NCBI GenBank assembly: GCA_951406725.2
Contig: OX597838.1
Location: forward strand, 30,070,001 to 30,134,000
Source of the DNA: Octopus vulgaris
Lineage: Eukaryota
Direction: 5' to 3'
DNA length: 64,000 bases
The translations under genes were made by a program, and so were the position numbers. A model generated the notes under the pieces. The model was not told the DNA's origin and searched no databases. It saw only the letters and a program-made list of their open reading frames with translations. How positions within the stretch are numbered: position 1 is the stretch's first letter; each line of letters opens with the position of its first letter. Below, piece after piece: positions 12,432 to 24,498 of the stretch.

Positions 12432-12780
12432 GGTACTCCGTTGGTTATGACGACGAGGGTTCCAGTTGATCCTGCTCGTGAAATTAACGTGCAAGTGGCT
12501 GAGCACTCCACAGACACGTGTACTCTTAACGTAGTTCTAAGGAAGATTCAGCGTGACACAGAGTGTGACAAAGCTGGCCCTTTGAAATACAGGTACAACA
12601 GAAACAAGAAGAGTGAGAGAAAGTTGTGGTGAAAGAATACAGCAGGGTTCGCCACCACCCCCTGTCGGAGCCTCGTAGAGCTTTAGGTGTTTTCGTTCAA
12701 TAAACACTCACAATGCCCGGTCTGGGAATCGAAACCGCAATCCTACGACCACGAGTCCGCTGCCCTAACCACTGGGCCAT
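12432..12780 (-). mobile_element. SINE family C
   Basis: Reverse complement of the 2941-3447 consensus. Confidence 0.8.
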
Positions 12781-13022
12781 TCTCTCTGGACTTTTTCTTC
12801 TTTTTGACGAAGTGCCATACTCGAAACGTCACAACTCCTCTTTTCCCCATCTTAAACTTCCTCTGGCTGTTTTAATCTAACATATTCATTGTGCACGTTG
12901 TTTTGGCTTTTGTTGTTCTATATTTGTTTTTATTTTTTGGCTTGCCTATACACATGCAGATACCTACCAACCTACATACATACATCCGTCCATACATACA
13001 TATATGAAAAAATATATAGTAA

Positions 13023-13272
13023 ATGTTTCCTTCTCGAGCCACGCCAGCTTATGGGGGCCGGTTTCCCGGTTTCAGTGGCGTATATATTTCTCCACCTGGA
13101 CGGGACGCCAGTCCATCGCAGGATGACTCACTTTTGCCAGTTGAGTGGGCTGGAGCAACGTGAAATGAAGTGTTTTGCTAAAGAACATAACGCGTCGCCC
13201 GATCCGGGAACTGAAACCACAGTCTCACGTTCATGAGTCCAACACCTCTAACCACTAAGTCACGCGCCCTCA
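13023..13272 (-). mobile_element. tRNA-derived SINE with D-like head/core and a CTGCGATGGACTGGCGTCCCGTCCAGG tail
   Basis: On the minus strand it shows a tRNA-like head and a TTCACGTTGCTCCAG core shared with family D, with a different 3' part. Confidence 0.65.
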
Positions 13273-13275
13273 CTC

Positions 13276-13342
<67 letters not shown>

Positions 13343-13347
13343 ACAAA

Positions 13348-13577
13348 GGCGGCGAGCTGGCAGAAACGTTAGCACGTCGGGCGAAATGCGTAGCCGTATT
13401 TCGTCTGCCGTTACGCTGTGAGTTCAAATTCCGCCGAGGTCGACTTTGCCTTTCATCCTTCCGGGGTCGATAAATTAAGTACCAGTTACGCACTGGGATC
13501 GATGTAATCGACTTGATACCTATGTCTGTCCTTGTTTGTCCCCTCTATGTTTAGCCCCTTGTGGGTAGTAAAGAAAT
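13348..13577 (+). mobile_element. SINE family A, full-length monomer
   Basis: GGCGGCGAGCTGGCAGAAACG...GGGTAGTAAAGAAAT. Confidence 0.85.
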
Positions 13578-13627
13578 ATATATATATATATATATATATA
13601 TTTGTATATAATTTTTTTGCATTACAG

Positions 13628-14005
13628 GTTTCAATCTGAATACATATGATACTAGAGATGAAATATTAAACCATTTTGATCAAATGCATCAAACAGCCTT
13701 CGCGCCGCTCATAACGACCGCATACAACGAATCTTTCCGCGTAGAAAATGGCGGTCGCGTTGGAGCACGTAAGGTGGCCGTGTTTTTCTTGAAAGGAAAA
13801 GCGCAAGATCCTGTATTATTAGCTGAAAAGGCGAAATTTGCCCGAGAGCACGGTGTTGAAATTTTTGTGGTTTCTATGGACCAATTGAATTCAAGAACGC
13901 TCTTGGAAACTCTCGTGTCCCCTAAAGAAGACGAACATATCTTGGAAGGTTATAACGAAAATATGAAATTTTTGAGCGGTGAGTTCGCGCGCCGCCTCTG
14001 CACAA
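13628..14005 (+). CDS. VWA gene 1, VWA domain 2 C-terminal exon ([14 protein letters not shown]...[11 protein letters not shown]...GVEIFVV...RRLCT)
   Basis: ttacag acceptor, gtaagt donor, 378 nt, phase 1-1. Clearly homologous to gene 2 exon 53762-54133. Confidence 0.92.
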
Positions 14006-14043
14006 GTAAGTACAGTTTTTACACAAGCCCATTCTCTCACTCT

Positions 14044-14094
<51 letters not shown>

Positions 14095-14187
14095 GTCTGT
14101 CTGTCTGTCTGTCTGTCTTTCTATCTATCTGCCTATCTATCTATCTATCTTTCTATCTATCTATCTGTCTGCCTGTCTTTCTTTCTT

Positions 14188-14306
<119 letters not shown>

Positions 14307-14428
14307 GATTGTCTGACACGCACATACGCACACGCACACACATCCATATATAAGTAAATCTATTCATACATACATATATACATACAAAAATTTCCATACA
14401 TATGCATACATATATACTTACACAAACA

Positions 14429-14478
<50 letters not shown>

Positions 14479-14479
14479 C

Positions 14480-14723
14480 CACTGGTACTCTACTGGGGTT
14501 CTTATGACCCTTTGAGAGTCGAGGCGTGGTTCATATAAGATTATGCTATTGGAGCATAAGCTCTGGTTTTACTTCTCCAATGCATAAAATATATTTCACT
14601 ATTGTTTCTAAACAGTTTTTAATAATATTTAAGTATAAAAATAGGATTTGTTTAACATGGGGGTCCAGTAGAGCAAAGTAAGAATTAAAGGGTTCCATGG
14701 GCAAAAAACGGTGAAAACCACTG
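14480..14723. mobile_element. hAT-like MITE
   Basis: CACTGGTACTC...GAAAACCACTG ends with a near-perfect 8-bp TSD (ATCTATAC/ATCTAGAC). Confidence 0.6.
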
Positions 14724-14798
14724 ATCTAGACACATACATAGGTACCAAACATCATACTACATAAATACTTATTTTTTTAAAACCATCGTGGTTTCTAG

Positions 14799-14830
14799 AG
14801 TATGCTTCAAAATTACCAAAAGACAATTAA
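14799..14830 (+). CDS. VWA gene 1, candidate terminal coding exon A (KYASKLPKDN*)
   Basis: gtttctag acceptor, in-phase short ORF, ATTAAA near 15045. Alternative to candidate B. Confidence 0.4.
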
Positions 14831-15264
14831 GGAAAGTTCCACATGAAAAGGGGAGATAACCTCAAAAATCATAGTTGACATGTTAAGGAAAACGATAAGG
14901 CTCTTGTATGAAAAAGAGGGGATAGTCGTCGACACATGTTTCTGACTCAATAACCGTCTTTAGCACGGCAGTCGTTCCACATTATCATCTGTAGGTAAAG
15001 GATTTAGGCTTATGCAAAAATCCTTGTCTGTGCGCGTGTGTAGTATTAAACACACGTGGTTGATCAGTCTATAGAGACACATGTATTTTTAAAAAGTATC
15101 TCTGAAACCTCCCCATCCCCTGTACACATAGATACACACACACACATAAATACACACACACACGCGCGCGCGCTAATGTATGGCCGCAGTCTAATGACTG
15201 AGATACGCGGGAGATAAAGCTAAAAAAAACGAAACTTCCCCGCATCCCTGCATAATGCACGCAT

Positions 15265-15325
<61 letters not shown>

Positions 15326-15523
15326 CACAGATGTGCACACGCACAGAAGCACGCGCGCGAAAACTACCAGCGACAAATGAAAAAATGGCGCATGTGCTGT
15401 TGCCAAGGGAGGCTACTGCTGCTTCGCGCTGCCGCCGCCACTGCCGCCGCCGCTACCGCCGCTGCGTTCTACAATTGTACATGCAGCTTGTAACGTTCAT
15501 GCTATGTCTGTCAACCGTTTCAG

Positions 15524-15534
15524 ATCGGGCATAA
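15524..15534 (+). CDS. VWA gene 1, candidate terminal coding exon B (NRA*)
   Basis: gtttcag acceptor gives a very short tail like the gene 2 end (R*). A donor follows at 15577/15578. The two candidates cannot be resolved from sequence alone. Confidence 0.35.
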
Positions 15535-15767
15535 AGTACATTGATCGGGCGCTGCAGTTCGGCAACCATCCAATCAGGTGAGAGTATGTTAATGACTGAA
15601 GATAATAAAAAAAAAAAAACAAACAACAATAAAAAGTAATTTAAAGAAAAGAACAAAAGAGCAAAAAAAAAAACAAGCCCCAAAAAACAATAACATGAAA
15701 AACAACAATAATAATTATAACAAATGCAGCAATAATAAGAACGATGATGATGATGATAATGATGATG

Positions 15768-15824
<57 letters not shown>

Positions 15825-16404
15825 GTTGAATTTAACGTACGATAGCGTCTTATAAAGCTAGATTTATATATCTTAAAATAGAATTTGTTGCTAGGTAGTT
15901 TAGCTTAATGTAAAGCACTTGACGCGTAATCGCAGGTATGTGAGTTCGAGGAAAATATAGAGGGGACAGACAAAGGGATTAAGTCGATTACATCGACCCC
16001 AGTGCGTAACTAGTGCTTATTTAATAGACCCCGAAAGGATGAAAGGCAAAGTCGACCTCGGCGGAATTTGAAAACAGAATGTAACAGCAGACGAAATGTC
16101 GCTAAGCATATCGCCTGTTAGCTAACGATTCTGCCAGTTCGCTGCCAGAATAAAAGAAAATAAATTATAAAAATAATAATAATTTTGGCACAAGGCCAGC
16201 AGTTTTTCAGGAAGTCAATTACATCGACCTCAGTACTTCAACTGGTACTTACCTTATGCACCCCCGCTCAAAAAAAAAAAAAAAAGGCAAAGTCAGCCTC
16301 GGCGGAATTTGAACTCAGAAAGCAAAACCGGAAGAAATGCCGCTTAGTACTTTGTTCTGCGTGCTCCCTATTCTGGCAGTTCGCCACATTAATAATAATA
16401 ATAA

Positions 16405-16442
<38 letters not shown>

Positions 16443-16654
16443 ACAATCCTTTCTAATATAGGCACAAGGCCTGGAATTTGTAGGAAGGGGACCAGTTTTT
16501 CACTTTGATCCCAGTATTTGACTGGTACTTAATTTTTCGACCCCGAGGATGAAAGTCGACCTCGGTGGAATTTGAACTCAGAATATTGCGACGGATGAAA
16601 TACCTCTAAGTATTTCGTCCGGCGTGCTAACGAGTCTGTCAGCACCACGCCTTC

Positions 16655-16730
<76 letters not shown>

Positions 16731-16943
16731 AATGTAATAACTGTCAAACCCTCAGAAAAATGTAAACAGTATTAGGGTCCAACCTCTCATACTATTATTT
16801 CCATCCATTCTTTCTTTTTCCTTGCTTTCTTTTTCCTTTCATTATTTTTACTCCTATTTTCCTTCCTTTTTTCTTTCTTTCTTTCATTTTATCTTTCCTT
16901 TTCCTTTTTCCTCCCTTCCTTCTTTCTTTCATTATTTTTGTTC

Positions 16944-17002
<59 letters not shown>

Positions 17003-17020
17003 TGTTTCTCTCTTCTTCTC

Positions 17021-17095
<75 letters not shown>

Positions 17096-17100
17096 CTCTT

Positions 17101-17140
<40 letters not shown>

Positions 17141-17793
17141 CTCTTCCTCCCATTCCCTTCCTTCTGAATGTCATTTCATTGTTTTGCTCTATGCCAATAT
17201 TTGTCCCTTACGATTCTGTTCAGGTCCATTACTTGAACACACAGACAGACATACACGCACACACTTACTCACACATGTGCATGCACACACTTCATACACA
17301 CACACACATACACATAAACATAAGCGTGCATAAACATCATGTCGCATACATAACATTATCACACACATACATATGCGAACATAAATTACAAATATGGCTG
17401 TACTGTCAATATTATTCTATCTACCAATGATTAATTGCGAAGAATTTGCATGAAACCCTTGATGCCATATAACGGTTATATATATATATATATATAATTT
17501 CAACAATTGAGGGTAAAATTAATTAATTATTATTAATCAATTTCACCAAGTATTCAGTATGTAAAGGGACCATTTAAGGCGAATTCAAAATATTACATTA
17601 TATAAAAGGGCTTAGTAAAATAAATTACTTTGCCCCATACTGAACTCATTAGAAATAGCAGCTAAAAAAAAATTTTTTTTCCAGCTATTTCTAATACTTA
17701 AAGAAAATCTCTCTCAGATAGTGTTTGCTCAAACCAACTCACGAAGGTATGGGGGTAAAAGCATTAAAAAAAATCACAAGTGCAAAGGTTATT

Positions 17794-17845
17794 TGAGAAC
17801 GTACGTTTCTAGATTAGTCAAATCGACATTTCTTTCGTCAGCTCA
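17794..17845 (-). ncRNA. Minimal type I hammerhead ribozyme motif
   Basis: Minus strand: TGAG-CTGACGA-[aAGAaatGTCGattTGACtaaTCTa]-GAAAC-gtac-GTT-CTCA. Stem I TGAG/CTCA, palindromic stem III ACGTACGT. Confidence 0.7.
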
Positions 17846-18359
17846 GAACTCCTTGATTCGGATTTGGGAACACTGAAAGTGGGAGCATACCCTTTTGGCT
17901 TCTTATCACCTCCTGAGATCCGCTCGAACTGACAGTGCTAGCAAATTCAAAATATGCAAGCGAAGAATTTCTGCTCTCCCTTTCCACCAGCGTGGGTTAA
18001 AATTGGCAAACACTGTTTTATCGGTAAAAACCGAAGCATTAAACAGAGAGAAATGAATTATAATTTCAACAATTGAGGGTAAAATTAATTAATTATTATT
18101 AATCAATTTCACCAAGTATTCAGTATGTAAAGGGACCATTTAAGGCGAATTCAAAATATTACATTATATAAAAGGGCTTAGTAAAATAAATTACTTTGCC
18201 ACATACTGAACTCATTAGAAATAGCAGCTAAAAAAAAAAATTTTTTTCCAGCTATTTCTAATACTTAAAGAAAATCTCTCTCAGATAGTGTTTGCTCAAA
18301 CCAACTCACGAAGGTATGGGGGTAAAAGCATTAAAAAAATCACAAGTGCAAAGGTTATT

Positions 18360-18411
18360 TGAGAACGTACGTTTCTAGATTAGTCAAATCGACATTTCTT
18401 TCGTCAGCTCA
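18360..18411 (-). ncRNA. Minimal type I hammerhead ribozyme motif (second tandem copy)
   Basis: Identical to 17794-17845. Confidence 0.7.
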
Positions 18412-18927
18412 GAACTCCTTGATTCGGATTTGGGAATTTTTAATGCTTTTACCCCCATACCTTCGTGAGTTGGTTTGAGCAAACACTATCTGAGAGAGAT
18501 TTTCTTTAAGTATTAGAAATAGCTGGAAAAAATTTTTTTTTTAGCTGCTATTTCTAATGAGTTCAGTATGTGGCAAAGTAATTTATTTTACTAAGCCCTT
18601 TTATATAATGTAATATTTTGAATTCGCCTTAAATGGTCCCTTTACATACTGAATACTTGGTGAAATTGATTAATAATAATTAATTAATTTTACCCTCAAT
18701 TGTTGAAATTATAATTCATCTCTCTCTGTTTAATGCTTCGGTTTTTACCGATAAAACAGTGTTTGCCAATTTTAACCCACGCTGGTGGAAAGGGGAGAGC
18801 AGAAATTCTTCGCTTGCATATTTTGAATTTGTGAGCACTGTCAGTTCGAGCGGATCTCAGGAGATGATAAGAAGCCAAAAGGGTATGCTCCCACTTTCAG
18901 TGTTCCCAAATCCGAATCAAGGAGTTC

Positions 18928-18979
18928 TGAGCTGACGAAAGAAATGTCGATTTGACTAATCTAGAAACGTACGTTCTCA
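18928..18979 (+). ncRNA. Minimal type I hammerhead ribozyme motif (inverted-arm copy)
   Basis: TGAG CTGACGA ... GAAAC GTAC GTT CTCA read directly on the plus strand. Confidence 0.7.
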
Positions 18980-19164
18980 AATAACCTTTGCACTTGTGAT
19001 TTTTTTTAATGCTTTTACCCCCATACCTTCGTGAGTTGGTTTGAGCAAACACTATCTGAGAGAGATTTTCTTTAAGTATTAGAAATAGCTGAAAATTTTT
19101 TTTTTAGCTGCTATTTCTAATGAGTTCAGTATGTGGCAAAGTAATTTATTTTACTAAGCCCTTT

Positions 19165-19195
<31 letters not shown>

Positions 19196-19406
19196 AAGTT
19201 AATCCAAACATGAAGGCACAAAAAAACACAACAACGCGAGGACGTGGAACAAATATAGTATTATTGGACGCTCAGGAAAGAAGGAAAGAAGGAGGGTTTA
19301 ACGTTTCGGGTGGAGCTCTTCGTCGGAAACATACGAGAAGGAAAGATCCTGAGAAGGGAAGACAGAGGAAAAAAATCGCCAACGGTACACACGCGGTCAC
19401 ATTTTG

Positions 19407-19410
<4 letters not shown>
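19196..19410 (-). mobile_element. (TA)n-flanked PLE-like terminal-repeat remnant with a degenerate hammerhead-like motif at 19296-19330
   Basis: Minus strand: GTTT-CCGACGA-AGAGCTCCACCC-GAAACGTT-AAAC. Confidence 0.5.
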
Positions 19411-19444
<34 letters not shown>

Positions 19445-19739
19445 CATACCCCACCACACACACAAGTATATGTAAACAACATGTTTTGTGAGCATATATT
19501 TCTTTACACGTATGTGTTGTGTGAGTGTGCGTGTGCTGAAAACGTACACAAACGGTGCATAAACAAGATTTTCAGTAATTTGGGCCGAGGTTGTAATGAC
19601 AATTAGAGAAGGAAATTCAAGACAAGAAGAAATACAAAAAAAAAGGGGAGTTTTGTAGGGTTAGGGCTCGAAACCATGAGCCCTTTTTTTTTTACAAGAT
19701 CTTGTTCTTGAAAAGAAAAAGAGAACGTTTTATTGTCGA

Positions 19740-20117
19740 CTAGCAGTATCGCCCGGCGTTGCTCAGGTTTATAAGGGAAATAACTATAAAGCATTTTTAG
19801 AGAGTTATAGCCAAAAAATAGCAAAAAAATGGAAAAAAAATTATGGTAAATTTTTTTTTTGAGAGTTAAAAAAGGTGGAGTTGCGTCCCCTAGACGGTTT
19901 GTGTTTCTGATTCTCGACTCCATGTCGAATTTATCGATTTTTTTCAGAACTGGGGGAACTTTTCAAAATTTTTGCTGCGTTAGTTTTGAATTATGACATT
20001 GGGCTTGTGTGTGTCAAGTTTCATCAGAATCGGTTGAAAGCCGTGGTCAGAGTGAGGGTACGAGAAAACAGACACACAGAAAACGCACAGACAAACTGCC
20101 GTTTATATAGAGAGAGA
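19740..20117 (-). mobile_element. Non-autonomous Helitron, copy 3
   Basis: Reverse complement of 2346-2728, with A|TC...CTAG|T boundaries on the minus strand. Confidence 0.82.
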
Positions 20118-22329
20118 TTAGTCAGAGGCGGGAAGGGAAAGTAACCATGATCTGTGTGCTTTTTTTTCTATAGGATTTCCTATAATGGTTGGATATGTTG
20201 GGATAGAGGGATAGTGGTAGTGGTTGGTGAGGGAAGGTGATGAGAGGGCCACGGTGGTTGGCAAGAGAAAGAGGTGATGCTGAGAAGTGCATAAAAGAAT
20301 TCAGTTGGAGGCAGAGTGTCAAATGCCCTGAACTTGTTCGGATGTATGAAGTCTGATCAGGGCAACCGAGGTACCCAGGAGATGTGAGCACGCGTGGATC
20401 AGTTATTGGGGCATTCAGCTTACGATCGTAGTGTCCTTGAGCAAGACACTCAACTAGCAAAAATGAGTGTGTATTTCAAAAGTGCCATCCTTGTCACATT
20501 CTGTGTCACGCTGAATACTTCTCAGAATTACATTAAGGGTACATGCGTCTGAGGAGTGCCGAGCCACTTGCACATTGATTTCACGAGCAGGATGTTCTGT
20601 TGATCGGATCAACTGGATCGCTCGTCGTCGTACCCGACGGAGTGCCAGTTACAGATGACTTAGACGTGTATGTACAGGCATACTTACAAGCGTGTCCTAT
20701 CCGACGAGCGTTATCACGGGTCTCTCATCTCTTCTTTTCGGTCAGAAAGCTCGAGTCGAACCGATGCTATGAGGCTATGGGTGTAGAAAGACATTTGATT
20801 CGCTCAAGATGAACGCAGTGGGATCGAAACCAGCTTGACGGCATTTATTTCATCGCTTAATTAGAGAGCAAAACTTAATTAGTGTAGTTATTCATTGTAG
20901 AGCTTCGGAGAATGGGGTCACGGAGGAGAGGAGGACGATGAACCAGAAACTGCGTTTGATAGGTTTTTAGACAAGAAACATAGTTTTAGGTAGCTTGGTC
21001 TGAGATTATAAGGACAAATGGAGAAGGAAACTACAAAAATGAATGCAAGAATTACGTAGGTTTAGGGTTTGAAACCATGAGCCCCTTTTTACAAGACCTT
21101 GAAATTAAAATGATAAATATTTCAAGAGGTTTTCAGAAGGTATAAAATCGATTAAAGAAAACCAAAGAATCAGCAAGCGAGGCCATTAAAATCGAACTAG
21201 GAATTAAAACTATTGCCCAAGAATAAATATAAGTACGGATTCAGTTTCAATCAATCCAACGAGCTTCAGTACAGTCTCCCAACACTTACTCTTTCAACCA
21301 CAGGGCTTGGATCGACTCGAGTTAATGGTAGTAGAATATACTTGCTCAAGATACCGGGTGGTACACGCGCGCACACATACACAAACATTCACGCACTTAC
21401 ACATGGATACACACACTCACACACAAACACAAACTTACTGATGCATGTATACACACACACACACACATACACACACACAGAGTTTTGATGCCCATATATA
21501 TATTCGTAGCTTTCAATCTTCAGTCGAGTACCAGATCATCTGTGCAGTTTCAGTCGGTTACTCTCGAGACTGCTCTAATATATATATTAGTATACCCGTA
21601 CCATAAAAAATTATGGGATTTTAAAAGAATATAAAAATGGTCCTTAATGAAGGCATTGCTACATCTTACACAACCGAGGAGACGATTTGAGTGTGTAATC
21701 TTGATGAAGTCTACCATCAAAATTTAAGTCTCCACCCAAATTTGGTCCACCACCAAAATTGTTTAGCGAACCTTTGCAGCGGACGGCTATATGCTCCAGC
21801 CTGGCCTTACCCTATCCAGCTTTATTTCCTGTTCTTGCTTTACTTGATCCATAGGCGTGATCCCAACAATGCTACCGACCGTGCCGAACGAGAGTAAGAT
21901 TTAAGGTTTTGTTTCTTAAATGCATGCTAATTGAGTCGCTGTTTTGGTTTTTGTTGCTGCTGGCATTGATCGATGCTGCTACTGTTGTTGTTGTTGCTGC
22001 TGCTGCTGCCGCTGTTGGTAATGATGATAATGAAGAGAAGGATGGATATTTCAATTTTAATATTCACAAGAATGCATGTATAATACAACATCATAAGACG
22101 CTATCTGAAAGTATTCAGCTGCTTATATATGTATATAAATGATATGTGTTTGTATATATATGTATGTATGTGTGTCCTTGTTTTTTCTGTGTCCCTCTCT
22201 GTAGAAGAGCGTAGGCTCTAAACGTAAAATACTTTTTCTATTCCTGAGCGTTATACTAATACATCAGTTTGTTTTGTACACCACCTGTCTTCGTCTTTTG
22301 TTTTTTCGTAAACTCTCCCTATATAAACG

Positions 22330-23135
22330 GTAAACGACATGCAGACTGGATACACTGGCTCGGGAAGAATTGCAATCCCTTAGTCAAAATCAGCATTGAT
22401 ATGAGCAATGATGCATCTTTCCAAGTGCATATTACTAATCTGGTGATAAAATGCAGACGGCTAGCTGGATGGATTTGCCGAACTTTCAGAACAAGAGAGA
22501 AGGAGACACTGATGGTCCTCTGGAAAACTTTCGTCCTCAGCCGCTTGGACTACTGCTCCCAACTATGGTCACCACACAATATAAAACTAACAGCAGAACT
22601 CGAAGCAATTCAAAGAAGATACAGAAAGAAGATCGTCTCAATGCAACATATCAGCTACTGGGAAAGACTGAAAGTATTAAAACTCTTCTCCCTAGAGCGA
22701 AGGCGGGAGAGATATGCAGTGATATACATCTGGAAAATCCTGGAGGGTCTTGTCCCAAACTTTGGTATTCAAAGAACGGGGTGCCACTGCATGGTGCCAA
22801 AGATTCCAACATCACCATCAAAATGCAGGACCAGATACTGCAACAGCTTGGGTTTCAGAGGACCACAGCTCTTTAACATCCTCCCTAAATGCCTGAGAGA
22901 CTTGCGTGGTGTGGATGTGGGTTTCTTTAAAACTAAACTGGATCTCTTGGTGTCGGGGGTCCCAGATGAACCTACCTCACGACAAGAGACACAGATGCAG
23001 GTAGCGGCATCGAACTCCCTTGTTGACCAAGTGCCACGTATCAGAGGTGGATTCACATATTAGTGTAGCTCATTCAGCGGTGGTGCCCCAGCATGGCCGC
23101 GGCCTTCGGACTAAAACATTTTTAAGGATTTAAGG

Positions 23136-23136
<1 letters not shown>
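22330..23136 (+). mobile_element. CR1/L2-group LINE ORF2 3' fragment with 3' UTR
   Basis: ORF 22269-23063 contains SRLDYCSQLWSPH, LEAIQRR, SYWERLK.LKLFSLERRRERY, typical post-RT motifs. It ends in a short TTTAAGGA tandem tail. Confidence 0.85.
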
Positions 23137-23170
<34 letters not shown>

Positions 23171-23188
23171 CGTGTGTATATATATATG

Positions 23189-23236
<48 letters not shown>

Positions 23237-23276
23237 TTTGTGTGTGTGTATGTATGTATGTATGTATGTGTGTGTG

Positions 23277-23600
23277 TACGTGGTGCATTTCAGGAATTTT
23301 CAGATTTTTCCAGGAAAGACATTTATTAATTTCAAAGAAGTACAAAGCGCCGATTTTCTTCAATGCAATTGTTGCGGCGCTCCGCTCACTTCGTGAAGGC
23401 CCCCCCCTGGAAGTCCTCCGCAGTGAAGGCTTCCACGACCCTCGTCACACCTTCCTTCACCTTCAAAACGACTGCCCCTGAAGTTGTCCTTCAGTTCGTG
23501 ATGCAAATAAAGGTTACAGGGAGCAAGGTTTAGGCTGTAGGGAGGATGTGAGACAGTTTTGATGCCCATAAATAATTCGTAGCTTTCCATCTTCAATTAA
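23277..23600 (-). mobile_element. Mariner transposase C-terminal remnant
   Basis: IKTVSHPPYSLNLAPCNLYL resembles the mariner HPPYSPDLAP(C/S)D motif. TIR-like end begins at TAC. Confidence 0.7.
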
Positions 23601-23611
23601 TAACTATAATC

Positions 23612-23932
23612 ACGTGATCACGTGACCGACCAGACCATCAGATGTTGTTACACATCGCTGGTCACAATGCGTTCGCATTGTTTTAGCCTTCGAATGACGC
23701 CACCCCGCTGGCTAAGCGAGCAGGCCAACAGAAAAAAGAGTGGGAGAAAGAATGGTGAAAGAGTACATCAGGGATCACCACCATCCCCTGCCGGAGCTTC
23801 GTGGAGCTTTTAGGTGTTTTCGCTCAATAAACACACACAACGCCCGGTCTGGGAATCGAAACCGCGATCCTGCGACCGCGATCCTGCGACCGCGAGTCCG
23901 CTGCCCTAACCACTGGGCCATTGCGCCTCCAC
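23612..23932 (-). mobile_element. SINE C-head variant with alternative tail
   Basis: Matches 11538-11803. Confidence 0.8.
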
Positions 23933-24096
23933 ATAACTATAATAATATTGGCAAAATGACCATTCCCAAATATAACAATGTCTGTTTTGCTTCAACATAC
24001 GATTTTATATCAAGAATCTTGCGTAATAAACGCATAATCGTAACATTTTCTTTTTGTTTCAGTCAAATCTAGATACTCATTCTCTCTCATTTACTC

Positions 24097-24498
24097 ATTT
24101 ACTTGTTTCAGTCATTTGACTGCGGCCATGCTGGAGCACCGCCTTTCGTCGAGCAACTCGACCCCGGGACTTATTCTTTTTGTAAGCCCAGTACTTATTC
24201 TATCGGTCTCTTTTTGCCGAACCGCTAAGTGACGGGGACGTAAACACACCAGCATCGGTTGTCAAGCAATGCTAGGGGAACAAACACAGACACACAAACA
24301 CACACACATACATACATATATATATATACATATATACGACAGGCTTCTTTCAGTTTCCGTCTACCAAATCCACTCACAAGGCATTGGTCGGCCCGGGGCC
24401 ATAGCAGAAGACACTTGCCCAAGATGCCACGCAGTGGGACTGAACCCGGAACCATGTGGTTGGTTAGCAAGCTACTTACCACACAGCCACTCCTGCGC
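24097..24498 (-). mobile_element. SINE family B, full length
   Basis: Minus strand: GGCGCAGGAGTGGCTGTGTGGTAAG head, GGTTCAGTCCC B-box-like motif, tail CAGCATGGCCGCAGTCAAATGACTGAAACAAGTAAA. Confidence 0.85.

Larger units (their letters stand above)
17494..19170. mobile_element. (TA)n-flanked 566-bp-unit repeat, ~1.7 copies forward plus ~1.3 copies inverted, one hammerhead motif per unit (retrozyme/PLE-derived)
   Basis: The sequence at 17794 recurs at 18360 (period 566). The inverted arm starts at 18437. No ORF. Confidence 0.85.

Noticed and set aside
17494-19170. Pure assembly artefact (chimeric inverted read)
   Set aside because: The arms differ by several substitutions (for example GCCCCATAC/GCCACATAC and GCTAGCAAA/GCTCACAAA), and tandem-plus-inverted structure is typical of PLE insertions. 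An artefact is unlikely but not excluded.
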